NCBI GenBank assembly: GCA_021807785.1
Contig: JAKBCO010000001.1
Coordinates: forward strand, 1 to 41,236
Direction: 5' to 3'
Source of the DNA: Pseudomonadota bacterium
GTDB lineage: Bacteria > Pseudomonadota > Alphaproteobacteria > Acetobacterales > Acetobacteraceae
DNA length: 41,236 nt
Below the pieces are notes generated by a model. It ran no database searches and had not been told where the DNA came from. It worked only from the letters and a program-made list of their open reading frames with translations. This document shows, in pieces, positions 33,262 to 41,236 of this stretch (its first letter is position 1; each line of letters opens with the position of its first letter). A program made the translations under genes and the position numbers.

Positions 33262-34023
33262 ATGTCCGCCGCCCTCCGCCTGCACGAACCGGCGATGACC
33301 GACGCCGAATGGAACGCCCGCTGCGACCTCGCCGCGCTCTATCGGGTGGTCCAGCATCTCGGCTGGACCGACCTCATCAACACCCATATGTCGGTGCGGG
33401 TGCCGGATGCGCCCGGCACCTTCCTCATCAACCGCTACGGCGAGATGTTCGACGAGATCACCGCCTCGTCGCTGGTGAAGATGGATTTCGACGGCAACGT
33501 GCTGGGCGACCCCGGCAAGTTCAACAATGCCGGCTTCACCATCCATAGCGGCGTTTACAAGGCGCGGCCGGATGCGATGTGCGTGATGCACACCCATACC
33601 CGCGCCGGGGCGGGCGTCTCGCTGATTCCGAACGGGCTGCGCCCGATCAGCCAGGACGCGCTGCATGTTTACGACGACCTCGCCTATCACGACTACGGCG
33701 TGCCGGCTTCGGTGGAGGAGTGCGAGGCGCTGGGCCGGTCCTGTCAGGCCGGCACCTGCGTGGTGCTGCTCAACCATGGGCTCTTGACCCTGGGGCAGAC
33801 CGTCGCCGGGACTTTCATGCGGATGTACATGCTCGAGCGCGCTTGCGAACTGGAGCTGATCGCCCGCCAGATCGGGCGGGATCCGCAGCCGATCTCCGAT
33901 TACGTGATCGGCAAGGCGGCGGAGCGGATGAAGAAGCAGCGGCTCAGCCCGGAATATGGGCTGATGGAGTGGCGCGGGATCGTCCGCACCGTGGAGCGCG
34001 CGGGGCCGGATTTCCGGCGCTGA
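33262..34023 (+). CDS. Class II aldolase/adducin-domain protein
   Basis: Trimmed to ATG 33262. Motifs include LINTHMSVRV, IHSGVYKARPDAMCVMHTHT (zinc His cluster) and VVLLNHGLLTLGQT. Length is 253 aa. Confidence 0.85.
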   Translation: MSAALRLHEPAMTDAEWNARCDLAALYRVVQHLGWTDLINTHMSVRVPDAPGTFLINRYGEMFDEITASSLVKMDFDGNVLGDPGKFNNAGFTIHSGVYKARPDAMCVMHTHTRAGAGVSLIPNGLRPISQDALHVYDDLAYHDYGVPASVEECEALGRSCQAGTCVVLLNHGLLTLGQTVAGTFMRMYMLERACELELIARQIGRDPQPISDYVIGKAAERMKKQRLSPEYGLMEWRGIVRTVERAGPDFRR

Positions 34024-34032
34024 TCTTCAGTG

Positions 34033-34062
34033 CGGCCTCTCCCGTCACGGCGGGAGAGGCCG
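34033..34062. terminator. Perfect 12-bp GC-rich hairpin between convergent genes (candidate bidirectional terminator)
   Basis: CGGCCTCTCCCG-TCACGG-CGGGAGAGGCCG. It lies 10 nt after the aldolase stop (34023) and 10 nt after the DUF1127 stop (34072, minus strand). No T tract flanks it. Confidence 0.5.
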
Positions 34063-34071
34063 GCCGAAGCC

Positions 34072-34383
34072 TCAGCCGCGCGCCAGGCCGCGCCCGGCGT
34101 ACTCGTCGATGAAGGACGGATCGGTCACCCGCGTGATGTCGGAGCGGGTCAGGCCGATGTCGGACAGTTCACGGTCGGACATGCCGGACAGTTCGGTCAG
34201 CGCCACACGCCGGTCGGACCAGCGCGCCAGCCGCGCCTGGGCGCGCTGGAAGGCGAGGACCAGCCGCTCGCGCAGCGACAGCGGCTTGGCGGGCTCGTAG
34301 TCGGCGTCATCCCAGGTGCTGTGGTAGGAGAAGCTCTGCGGCAAGTGGAAGGTGAGGTCGGACTTGGAGATCGGGGCAGACAT
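34072..34383 (-). CDS. DUF1127 domain-containing protein (long form, 103 aa)
   Basis: Trimmed to ATG 34383 with SD GGGAG. LTELSGMSDRELSDIGLTRSDI is the DUF1127 signature. It is preceded by a ~55-aa N-terminal extension. Confidence 0.8.
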   Translation of the reverse strand: MSAPISKSDLTFHLPQSFSYHSTWDDADYEPAKPLSLRERLVLAFQRAQARLARWSDRRVALTELSGMSDRELSDIGLTRSDITRVTDPSFIDEYAGRGLARG

Positions 34384-34538
34384 GGGAAACTCCCATCGGT
34401 TCCCCCGGGTCCGGCGCGTCGTCAACACGGCGGGGCGCCCCCGGGGCCTTTCGCAGTGCAACATAAGCGCGATCCGGCCCCCGATCAGTGCCGAGTCTTC
34501 GGCGCTGCCATGCGCCGGCCGCATAAAGGACAGATGAC

Positions 34539-36311
34539 TTGACCCATAACACTGCCGCAAAGCTTGCCGCGCTCCGCGCCGCCCTTGCCCGGCAGGGCCT
34601 CGGCGGCTTCATCGTTCCGCGCGCCGACGAGCATCTGGGCGAGTACGTTCCGCCCTCGGCCGAGCGGCTGGCCTGGCTCACCGGGTTCACCGGCAGCGCC
34701 GGCATGGCGGTGGTGCTGGCCGAGACCGCTGCGGTCTTCACCGACGGGCGCTACACCCTGCAACTGGCCGCCGAGACCGACCCCGCCTGCTTCGAGCGTT
34801 GCCACATCACCGAGACTCCGCCGCCGGAATGGACCGCCCGGAACGCGCCGAAGGGGATCCATATCGGCTACGATCCGCGGCTGATCGCCGCCGAGACCCT
34901 GGCCCGGTTCGGCGCCGCCGGGCTGACCTTGCGCGCGGTGGCGGCCAACCCGATCGATGCGCTCTGGACCGACCGCCCGGCCCCGCCCACCGCCCCCGCG
35001 GTGCCGCACCCGATCCGCTTCGCCGGGCGCAGCGCCGCCGACAAGCGCGCCGACATCGCCGCCGCCCTGGCGCGCGAGGGGCAGGACGCGGCGGTGCTGA
35101 CCGATCCCGCCGCGATCGCCTGGCTGCTCAATCTGCGCGGGACCGATCTGGAATTCGTGCCGGTGGCGCTGGGCTTTGCGATCATCGACCGGACCGGCCG
35201 GGTGCAGCTCTTCATGGCGCCAGCCAGGCTGGGGGCGGAGACCCGCGCCGCGCTGGGCAACGAGGTGACCCCGGCACCGCCGGCGGCGCTGGAGGGGGCG
35301 CTGCGCGCGCTGTCCGGGCGTACGGTGCGGATAGACCCGCAGACCACCCCGGTCTGGTTCGCCGAGACCTTGCGCGCCGCCGGCGCAAGGGTGGCCGACG
35401 GGCCCGACCCGTGCGCCCTGCCCAAGGCGCTGAAGAACCCGACCGAGCAGGAGGGCGCGCGCGCGGCCCATGCCTCGGACGCCGTTGCCCTGATCCGCTT
35501 CCTGCACTGGCTGGACGGCGCCGCCGGCGCGACCACCGAAGCCGAGGCCGCGGCGCGGCTGCTGGCCCTGCGCGCCGAACGCCCGGGCTTCCGCGGCGAG
35601 AGCTTCCCCGCCATCTCCGGGGCCGGTGAGCACGGGGCGATCATCCACTATCGGGTCACCCCGGACACCGATCGCCCGATCCGGCGCAACGAGGTCTATC
35701 TGATCGATTCCGGCGCCCAATTCCCCGCAGGCACCACCGATGTCACCCGCACCGTCTGGACCGGCCCCGGCCCGGCGCCGGCGGCGCTGCGTGCCCATGC
35801 GACGCTTGTGCTGAAGGGCCATATCGCGGTCGCCACCCTGGTATTTCCCGAGGGGCTGACCGGGGTCGCCATCGACGCCTTCGCCCGGCGCGCGCTGTGG
35901 CAGGCCGGGCTCGACTACGATCATGGCACCGGTCACGGGGTGGGCAGTTTTCTGTCGGTCCACGAAGGGCCGGTCAGCCTCTCGCGGCTGGCCCGGCCGG
36001 TGCCGCTCGCCGCCGGCATGATCCTCTCCGACGAGCCGGGGTTCTATCTGCCCGGGCACTACGGCATCCGGCTCGAAAACCTGCTGCTGGTCCAGCCGGC
36101 GCTGCCGGAGGCGCCGCGCCGGTTCCTCGGCTTCGAGACCCTCACCCTGGCCCCGTTCGACCGCGCCCTGATCGACCCCGCCCTGCTGGATGGCGCCGAG
36201 CGCGGCTGGCTCGACGCCTATCACGCGCGGGTGCTGGCGGCGGTGGGGCCGGCGCTGCCGGAAGCTGCCCGGGCCTGGCTCGCCCGCGCCTGCGCGCCGC
36301 TGCCGGGATGA
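34539..36311 (+). CDS. Aminopeptidase P family (M24B Xaa-Pro aminopeptidase, long ~590-aa form)
   Basis: LAALRAALARQGLGGFIVPRADEHLGEYVP is the creatinase/prolidase N-domain. The C-terminal HGTGHGVGSFLSVHEGP and SDEPGFY...GIRLENL are M24 metal ligands. The start must be TTG 34539, because an in-frame TAA lies at 34524 and no ATG/GTG follows before the conserved N-terminus. Confidence 0.88.
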   Translation: MTHNTAAKLAALRAALARQGLGGFIVPRADEHLGEYVPPSAERLAWLTGFTGSAGMAVVLAETAAVFTDGRYTLQLAAETDPACFERCHITETPPPEWTARNAPKGIHIGYDPRLIAAETLARFGAAGLTLRAVAANPIDALWTDRPAPPTAPAVPHPIRFAGRSAADKRADIAAALAREGQDAAVLTDPAAIAWLLNLRGTDLEFVPVALGFAIIDRTGRVQLFMAPARLGAETRAALGNEVTPAPPAALEGALRALSGRTVRIDPQTTPVWFAETLRAAGARVADGPDPCALPKALKNPTEQEGARAAHASDAVALIRFLHWLDGAAGATTEAEAAARLLALRAERPGFRGESFPAISGAGEHGAIIHYRVTPDTDRPIRRNEVYLIDSGAQFPAGTTDVTRTVWTGPGPAPAALRAHATLVLKGHIAVATLVFPEGLTGVAIDAFARRALWQAGLDYDHGTGHGVGSFLSVHEGPVSLSRLARPVPLAAGMILSDEPGFYLPGHYGIRLENLLLVQPALPEAPRRFLGFETLTLAPFDRALIDPALLDGAERGWLDAYHARVLAAVGPALPEAARAWLARACAPLPG

Positions 36312-37417
36312 CGCCGGAACGGTCGGTCAGCCCCAACCGCGCCTGGCTGCCCGGCGTGGACCAGATGCGCGCGCTGCTGGCGCTGCTGGTGCTGTTCTAT
36401 CACGGCTACCTGCTGTTCTCGGCGCGGCTGATCGAGCACGCCGATTTCGTGCTCGCCGACTGGCCGCGCACCCGCAACCCGCTGCTGGCGGTGATCGCCG
36501 AGGGCCATACCGCGGTGGCCGGGTTCATGGTCCTCAGCGGCTTCATCTTCGTCCAGGGCACCGCCGGGCGCGAGGTGCGCTACGGCGCGTTCCTGCGCAA
36601 CCGGCTGCTGCGCATCTACCCGATGTATCTGCTGGTCGTGGTGTTCTCCCTGAGCGTCGGCCAGGGGACGTTCTCGCTGTCGCGGCTGGCGCTGCTGGTG
36701 CTGCCGCTCGACAACTACGCCGCCCCGGTGGGGCCGCTCTCGGCGGTGGCCTGGACGGTGGCGGTGGAGTTCCAGTTCTATCTGCTGTTCCCGCTGCTGC
36801 TGCGGCTGGCGGCGGCGGAGGGCGAGGCCTGGCTCGCCCGCGCCATCCTGCTGGCGGTGCTGCTGCGGCTGTTCGCCGTGCTGGCTGGGGCGGACGCGCA
36901 ATGGATGTCCTACTGGACCATCGCCGGGCGGATCGACCAGTTCCTGCTGGGGATGCTGGCGGGCCTGCATTTCGCCCGGCGCGGACCGGCGGGCGGGTGG
37001 CCGCTTGTGGCGCTCGCGGGGGCGGTGCTGTGGGCGCTGCTCTACGGGTTCCACCTGGCGGGCGGCTGGCCGCTGCATGTCTGGTGGAAGGCGCTGTGGC
37101 CGGATGCCGAGGCGCTGGCCTGGGTGGGCGTCATCCTGTCCTGGCAGGGCATCGCCGGCCGGCTGCCGGCACCGATGGCGCGCGGGCTGGAGGGGATCGG
37201 GCGGATCAGCTTCTCGATCTATCTGCTGCATTACGCGGTGATCTGGACGCTCGGCGATCATGGTTGGCTGCTGCGCCCGTTCGCCTCCGCCGGCGCCGAT
37301 GCCCTGCTGTCCACGGCGCTGCTGGCGCTGCCGCTGGTGCTGGGGCTGTCGGCCTTCACCTACGCGACCGTGGAGCGGCCGTTCATGGCGCTGCGCCGGC
37401 GCTACGTGGCGGGGTGA
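36308..37417 (+). CDS. Acyltransferase family 3 integral membrane protein (O-acyltransferase)
   Basis: Trimmed to ATG 36308, which forms an ATGA overlap with the upstream stop. LPGVDQMRALLALLVLFYHG, FMVLSGFIF, RIYPMYL and AWTVAVEFQFYLLFP are Acyl_transf_3 hallmarks. About 10 hydrophobic segments are present. Confidence 0.85.
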   Translation: MTPERSVSPNRAWLPGVDQMRALLALLVLFYHGYLLFSARLIEHADFVLADWPRTRNPLLAVIAEGHTAVAGFMVLSGFIFVQGTAGREVRYGAFLRNRLLRIYPMYLLVVVFSLSVGQGTFSLSRLALLVLPLDNYAAPVGPLSAVAWTVAVEFQFYLLFPLLLRLAAAEGEAWLARAILLAVLLRLFAVLAGADAQWMSYWTIAGRIDQFLLGMLAGLHFARRGPAGGWPLVALAGAVLWALLYGFHLAGGWPLHVWWKALWPDAEALAWVGVILSWQGIAGRLPAPMARGLEGIGRISFSIYLLHYAVIWTLGDHGWLLRPFASAGADALLSTALLALPLVLGLSAFTYATVERPFMALRRRYVAG

Positions 37418-37489
37418 CGGCGGGAAGCCGCGGTGGACAGAGGCCGCGCTTCGCGCCACATCTTCCGCGTGCCTGCCCGGAGGTCCGCC

Positions 37490-37807
37490 GTGCCCATCCC
37501 CCGCTCGCTTCCCGCCATCGCCCTGGCGCTGCTTCTGGCCGGTTGCGCCGCCGGCCCCGGCCCCGCGGCGGGCAACCCCTACCCGCCGGTGCCCCCGCCG
37601 CGGCAGGAGGCGATCGGCAAGCCGCCGGTCACGGCGGTGCCGCTGCTGTGGCAACCCGGGTTCTGGGACTGGACCGGCGCCGGCTATGTCTGGCACCGCG
37701 GCCGCTATGTCGCTCGCGGCACCCATTCCAACCTGTTCATGCCCGGCTACTGGAAGCAGGTGGACGGTACCTATCGCTGGATGCCGGCGCACTGGCTGCC
37801 CGGTTGA
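37490..37807 (+). CDS. Small lipoprotein with YXWGXW-type repeats
   Basis: Trimmed to GTG 37490, with SD GGAGG 6 nt upstream. The lipobox is LALLLAGC. The repeats are WQPGFWDWTGAGYVWHRGRYV and MPGYWKQVDGTYRWMPAHW. Confidence 0.72.
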   Translation: MPIPRSLPAIALALLLAGCAAGPGPAAGNPYPPVPPPRQEAIGKPPVTAVPLLWQPGFWDWTGAGYVWHRGRYVARGTHSNLFMPGYWKQVDGTYRWMPAHWLPG

Positions 37808-37814
37808 GCTGACG

Positions 37815-38702
37815 ATGACGCGGGCCGAGCGGCTGGCCGGCGGGTCGATCGCGCTCGGCTGCCTGGTGCTGGCGTTGAAGGCGGCGGCGTGGTGGCTGAC
37901 CCGCAGCGCCGCCCTGTATTCGGATGCGCTGGAAAGCACGGTCAACGTCGCCGCCAGCGTGATCGCGCTGGGCGCGTTGCGCTTCGCCGCCCGCCCGGCC
38001 GACGCCAACCACCCCTATGGCCACGCCAAGGCCGAGTTCTTCGCCGCCGTCATCGAGGGGGTGATGATCGTGGTGGCGGCGCTGTCGATCTTCCGCGAAT
38101 CGTTCCTGGCGTTCCTCCACCCGGCCCGGCTGGGGCCGCTGCCGCTGGGGCTGGCGCTGAACGGGATGGCGAGCCTGCTGAACGGGGGCTGGAGCGCGTG
38201 GCTGCTGCGCCAGGGCCGGGTGCTGCACTCCCCGGCGCTGCTGGCCGACGGGCGGCATCTGCTGGCCGATACGGTGACCGGGGTGGGGATTCTGGTGGGG
38301 GTGGGCCTGGTGGCGATCACCGGCCTGGGCTGGCTGGACCCGGCGCTGGCCGGGGTGGTGGGGGTCTATGTGCTGGGCTCGGGGATGCACACCATCGGCG
38401 GATCGGTCGGCGGGCTGATGGACGCGGCGCCGGAGGCGGCGGTGGTGGCGCGAATCCGCGACGTGGTGGCGGCTTCGGCCGAGGGCGCGATCGAGGCGCA
38501 TGACCTGCGCACCCGCCAGGCCGGGCGGGTGACGTTCCTGGATTTCCACCTGGTGGTGCCGGGGACCATGTCGGTGGAGGCGGCGCACGCGATCTGCGAT
38601 CGGATCGAGGCGGCGCTGAAGGACGAGATGGCGCAGCTGATGGTCACCATCCATGTCGAGCCGGAGGAGAAGGCCAAGCTGCACGGGGTGCGGGTGGTGT
38701 AA
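37815..38702 (+). CDS. Cation diffusion facilitator (CDF) family metal efflux transporter
   Basis: Trimmed to ATG 37815. Motifs include SAALYSDALESTVNV, HPYGHAKAEFFAAVIEG, LLADGRHLLADTVTG, and the C-terminal cytoplasmic domain AHDLRTRQAGRVTFLDFHLVVP. Length is 295 aa. Confidence 0.88.
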   Translation: MTRAERLAGGSIALGCLVLALKAAAWWLTRSAALYSDALESTVNVAASVIALGALRFAARPADANHPYGHAKAEFFAAVIEGVMIVVAALSIFRESFLAFLHPARLGPLPLGLALNGMASLLNGGWSAWLLRQGRVLHSPALLADGRHLLADTVTGVGILVGVGLVAITGLGWLDPALAGVVGVYVLGSGMHTIGGSVGGLMDAAPEAAVVARIRDVVAASAEGAIEAHDLRTRQAGRVTFLDFHLVVPGTMSVEAAHAICDRIEAALKDEMAQLMVTIHVEPEEKAKLHGVRVV

Positions 38703-38773
38703 TACCGGCCGCCGGGGCGGGGGGTACGCGCGCCGGGTTGGCGGGCGGCGGCACGCGAAACGAGATTCGACCT

Positions 38774-40024
38774 TCAGCCGCCGATGTCGCGCCGGCAGAA
38801 CCCTTCCGGCCAGTCGATCGCCGCCACCGCCGCATAGGCGCGCGCCCGCGCCTCGGTCAGATCGGCGCCGGTGGCGGTGACGTTCAGCACCCGCCCGCCG
38901 GCAGCGATCAGCGCGCCTGCCGCATCCCGCGCGGTCCCGGCGTGGAACAGCAGCACCCCGGGCAGGGCGGCGGCGGCGTCCAGGCCACGGATGAGGCTGC
39001 CGCGCGCCGGCGCTTCCGGGTAGCCGCGCGCGGCCAGCACCACCGTCACGGCGGCCTCCGCGGTCCAGCGCAGGTCGAAACGATCCAGCGCGCCGTCGCA
39101 AGCGGCGGCCAGCGCCGGCAACAGGTCCGAGCGCAGCAGCGGCAGCAGGGTCTGGCATTCCGGATCGCCGAAGCGGGCGTTGAACTCGATCAGCTGCGGC
39201 CCCGCATCGGTCAGCATCAGCCCGGCGAACAGGAAGCCCCGGAACGGGCAGCCGCGCGCCGCCATCTCGGCCAGCGCCGGGCGGATCACGCGGGCCATGA
39301 TCTCGGCCTCCAAAGCCGGGGTCAGCGCCGGCACCGGGGCGAAGGCGCCCATGCCGCCGGTGTTGGGGCCGCGATCGCCCTCGCCCACCCGCTTGTGATC
39401 GCGCGCCCCGCCCAGCGGGATGGCGTTGGTCCCGTCGCACAGGGCGAAGAACGAGAGTTCCGGGCCGGTCAGGCATTCCTCGATGACGAAGCGGGCGGCG
39501 GCGGGACCTAGTTCGGACAGCGAATCGACTGCTTCCAGCGCCTCGGCCTCGGTGGCGGCGACCACCACCCCCTTGCCGGCCGCCAGTCCGTCGGCCTTCA
39601 CCACCACCGGGGCGCCGCGACGGCGGATGGCGGCGCGGGCGGCCTCGGCATCCGCGCAAGCGTCCCAGGCGGCGGTGGGGATGGCGGCGGCGGCGGCGAT
39701 CTCCTTGGTGAAGCTCTTGCTGGATTCCAGCCGCGCGGCGGCGGCGGTGGGGCCGCAACAGGGGATGCCGGCGGCGGCGAGCGCGTCGGCGAGGCCGGCC
39801 GCCAGCGGGGCCTCCGGGCCGGGCACCACCAGGTCGATGCGTTCGGCCCGGGCCAGCGCCACCAGGCCGGCGATGTCGGTGGCGGCAACCGGCGCGCAGG
39901 TGGCGAGGGCGGCGATGCCCGGGTTGCCCGGGGCGCAGACCAGCGCGGTGAGCAGCGGGCTCGCCGCCAGCGCCCAGCACAGCGCGTGCTCCCGCCCGCC
40001 GGAGCCGACCACCAGAACCCGCAT
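38774..40024 (-). CDS. purD: Phosphoribosylamine--glycine ligase
   Basis: The protein begins [19 protein letters not shown]. Other motifs are [27 protein letters not shown] and [12 protein letters not shown]. It is 416 aa, with SD GGAGA. Confidence 0.95.
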   Translation of the reverse strand: MRVLVVGSGGREHALCWALAASPLLTALVCAPGNPGIAALATCAPVAATDIAGLVALARAERIDLVVPGPEAPLAAGLADALAAAGIPCCGPTAAAARLESSKSFTKEIAAAAAIPTAAWDACADAEAARAAIRRRGAPVVVKADGLAAGKGVVVAATEAEALEAVDSLSELGPAAARFVIEECLTGPELSFFALCDGTNAIPLGGARDHKRVGEGDRGPNTGGMGAFAPVPALTPALEAEIMARVIRPALAEMAARGCPFRGFLFAGLMLTDAGPQLIEFNARFGDPECQTLLPLLRSDLLPALAAACDGALDRFDLRWTAEAAVTVVLAARGYPEAPARGSLIRGLDAAAALPGVLLFHAGTARDAAGALIAAGGRVLNVTATGADLTEARARAYAAVAAIDWPEGFCRRDIGG

Positions 40025-40060
40025 CGTTTGTCTCCGTGCCGATCGCGCGGCGATAGCGGG

Positions 40061-41236
40061 CTACTCCGGGGCGGGCAAGCCGGAGGCGGCGGGCTGGCCG
40101 AAGCATAGCAGCGGGGCGCCGGCTTCCAGCGCGCCGGCGGCGTCGGTGATCGCCTCCCGCACCGGGCCGGGGGCCACAGCCTCGGCCAGGGTCATCAGGG
40201 CGCGGGCGGTGGCCGCGGGATCGGCGGCGAACCCGCGCAGGCGGGTCAGCGCCGCCACCGCCGCCGGGTCGGCGGCGGCGTGCAGGTCCTCGATGGCGTG
40301 GCCCAGGCTCAGCACCGCCAGGATGTCGCCCGGCGCGTGCGGCGCGGCCAGCGTGCCGGCGCGGCCCAGATCCAGGGTCAGCCGCAGGATCGCCCCGCTG
40401 GCGCGGCGCCGCCACGGGTCCGTCCCGGCCGGGCGGGCGATCATCCGGGCGAGGTCGCGCCGCAGCGCCGCCGCCACCGCCGCCGCGCGCCGCAGCGGCG
40501 GGCGCGGCATCAGCACGAACCCGCCCGCCACCGCCAGCGCCGCGATCGCCAGCGAGGCGGCGCCGCTCAGCACCGGCCCCACCCCGGCCGGCGCCATGCC
40601 GACCTGCCCGGCCAGCAGGAACCCCATGTTGAAATCGATCGCCGGAATCGCGGTACGCCGCGCCGCCCGGGCCTGCCCGCCGAGGACCAGCACCGGGACC
40701 ACCGAGGCCAGGATGGCGATGCCGGCAGAAGCCGGGGGCTGGGCGGCCAGCCGGTAGAGCACGCCCATCGCCACCCCTGCCAAGGTGCCGGCGCAAAGCC
40801 GCAGCGCCGCCAGCCGCGGCTCCGGCTGGGCGCTGACCACGGTGGAGAAGATGCAGACCCCGAGCGCCGCCAGCTCGCCGGCCGACCAGCCGGAGAGCAG
40901 CCCCAGCGCGGCGGCCAGGGCGGTCGCGCCGCCGGTCACCAGCCCTGCCCGCGCGGCTTGCCGCCAATCCCGCCCGGGCGCCAGCCAGACCAGCTTGCGC
41001 CCGAACGAGGTGGCATCCGCCGCCGCCGGGCTGGCCCCCAGCGCTGCCGCCGCCGCCAGCAGGCGGGTGGCCGCCTCGTGCAGCCGGCGCAGCGCCGGCG
41101 GGGCTGCGCCGGCGGCCCAGGCGGCGGGCGGCGGCGGGCAGGCAGCGTCGGCCCGCAGCCGTTGCGCGGCCGAGGCCGCCCAGGCGGCGATGTCGTCGGG
41201 CACCGGCTCGGCGCGGCTGCGCCGGCCGCGCAGGGC
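40061..41236 (-). CDS. FUSC-like (fusaric-acid-resistance/aromatic-acid-exporter-type) integral membrane protein, C-terminal part; the N-terminus probably lies outside the window
   Basis: The track ORF starts at GTG 41203, but the frame stays open to the window edge (…ALRGRRSRAEPV|PDD…). There are several Ala/Gly/Leu-rich transmembrane segments (GLVTGGATALAAALGLLSGW, GVCIFSTVV, LAGVAMGVLY, IAILASVVPVLVLGG), then a soluble helical tail. The family call is weaker than for the other genes. Confidence 0.5.
   Translation of the reverse strand, partial: ALRGRRSRAEPVPDDIAAWAASAAQRLRADAACPPPPAAWAAGAAPPALRRLHEAATRLLAAAAALGASPAAADATSFGRKLVWLAPGRDWRQAARAGLVTGGATALAAALGLLSGWSAGELAALGVCIFSTVVSAQPEPRLAALRLCAGTLAGVAMGVLYRLAAQPPASAGIAILASVVPVLVLGGQARAARRTAIPAIDFNMGFLLAGQVGMAPAGVGPVLSGAASLAIAALAVAGGFVLMPRPPLRRAAAVAAALRRDLARMIARPAGTDPWRRRASGAILRLTLDLGRAGTLAAPHAPGDILAVLSLGHAIEDLHAAADPAAVAALTRLRGFAADPAATARALMTLAEAVAPGPVREAITDAAGALEAGAPLLCFGQPAASGLPAPE

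Noticed and set aside
37737-40967. A 1076-aa minus-strand ORF spanning the CDF gene, purD (in a different frame) and the FUSC-like gene.
   Set aside because: It is out of frame with the unmistakable purD reading frame on the same strand and antisense to the CDF gene. Its Arg/Gly/Pro-rich sequence makes it a GC artefact.

Overview
This is a 41,236-bp window of very GC-rich DNA, about 70% G+C by eye. Hand counts fall to 55-60% only in a few short patches. Coding density is about 95%. I can support 35 protein-coding genes. I found no rRNA, tRNA, CRISPR array, transposase, integrase or phage gene. Gene content and order (lptF-lptG-lptD-surA, ppk-ppx, purD, a DUF1127 gene, many ATGA/GTGA start-stop overlaps) look like an alphaproteobacterial chromosome, possibly Acetobacteraceae/Rhodospirillales-like; the taxon is inference only. 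Because of the GC content, the six-frame track is full of long Arg/Gly/Pro/Ala-rich shadow ORFs (up to 1117 aa) and N-terminally over-extended ORFs. I chose frames by recognisable family motifs and trimmed 15 starts. One real gene (1..1673, minus strand) is missing from the track because it has no stop in the window. Layout: (a) 1-8750 is an acyl-CoA/beta-oxidation-type neighbourhood (ADP-forming acyl-CoA synthetase, MFE-2-type SDR, DUF35 + SCP-x-type thiolase, acyl-CoA dehydrogenase) interrupted by an AlbA_2/HATPase_c_4/wHTH gene, a KdgK-like kinase and a GFA protein. (b) 8824-18115 is an uninterrupted, start/stop-overlapping chain: methyltransferase -> 1124-aa three-module glycosyltransferase -> TPR + GT9-like transferase -> ppk -> ppx. 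(c) 18104-25026 holds an AidB-like dehydrogenase with a divergent LysR regulator, a mixed minus-strand operon (Pat-type GNAT, orphan PqiC/YmbA-like lipoprotein, SDR, methylmalonyl-CoA epimerase, rhodanese) and an esterase. (d) 25054-30797 is lptF-lptG-lptD-surA. (e) 30805-41236 holds cfa, an amidohydrolase + class II aldolase pair, DUF1127, aminopeptidase P + acyltransferase_3, a YXWGXW lipoprotein + CDF transporter, purD and a truncated FUSC-like membrane protein. Most of the window is ordinary housekeeping DNA, and I see no clear defence island or mobile element. The best candidate for something not yet described is the glycosylation module fused transcriptionally, and probably translationally, to polyphosphate metabolism. 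The second candidate is the AlbA_2-family gene embedded in a metabolic operon and flanked by AT-richer palindromes. All functional calls come from motif recognition by eye; no database search was run.
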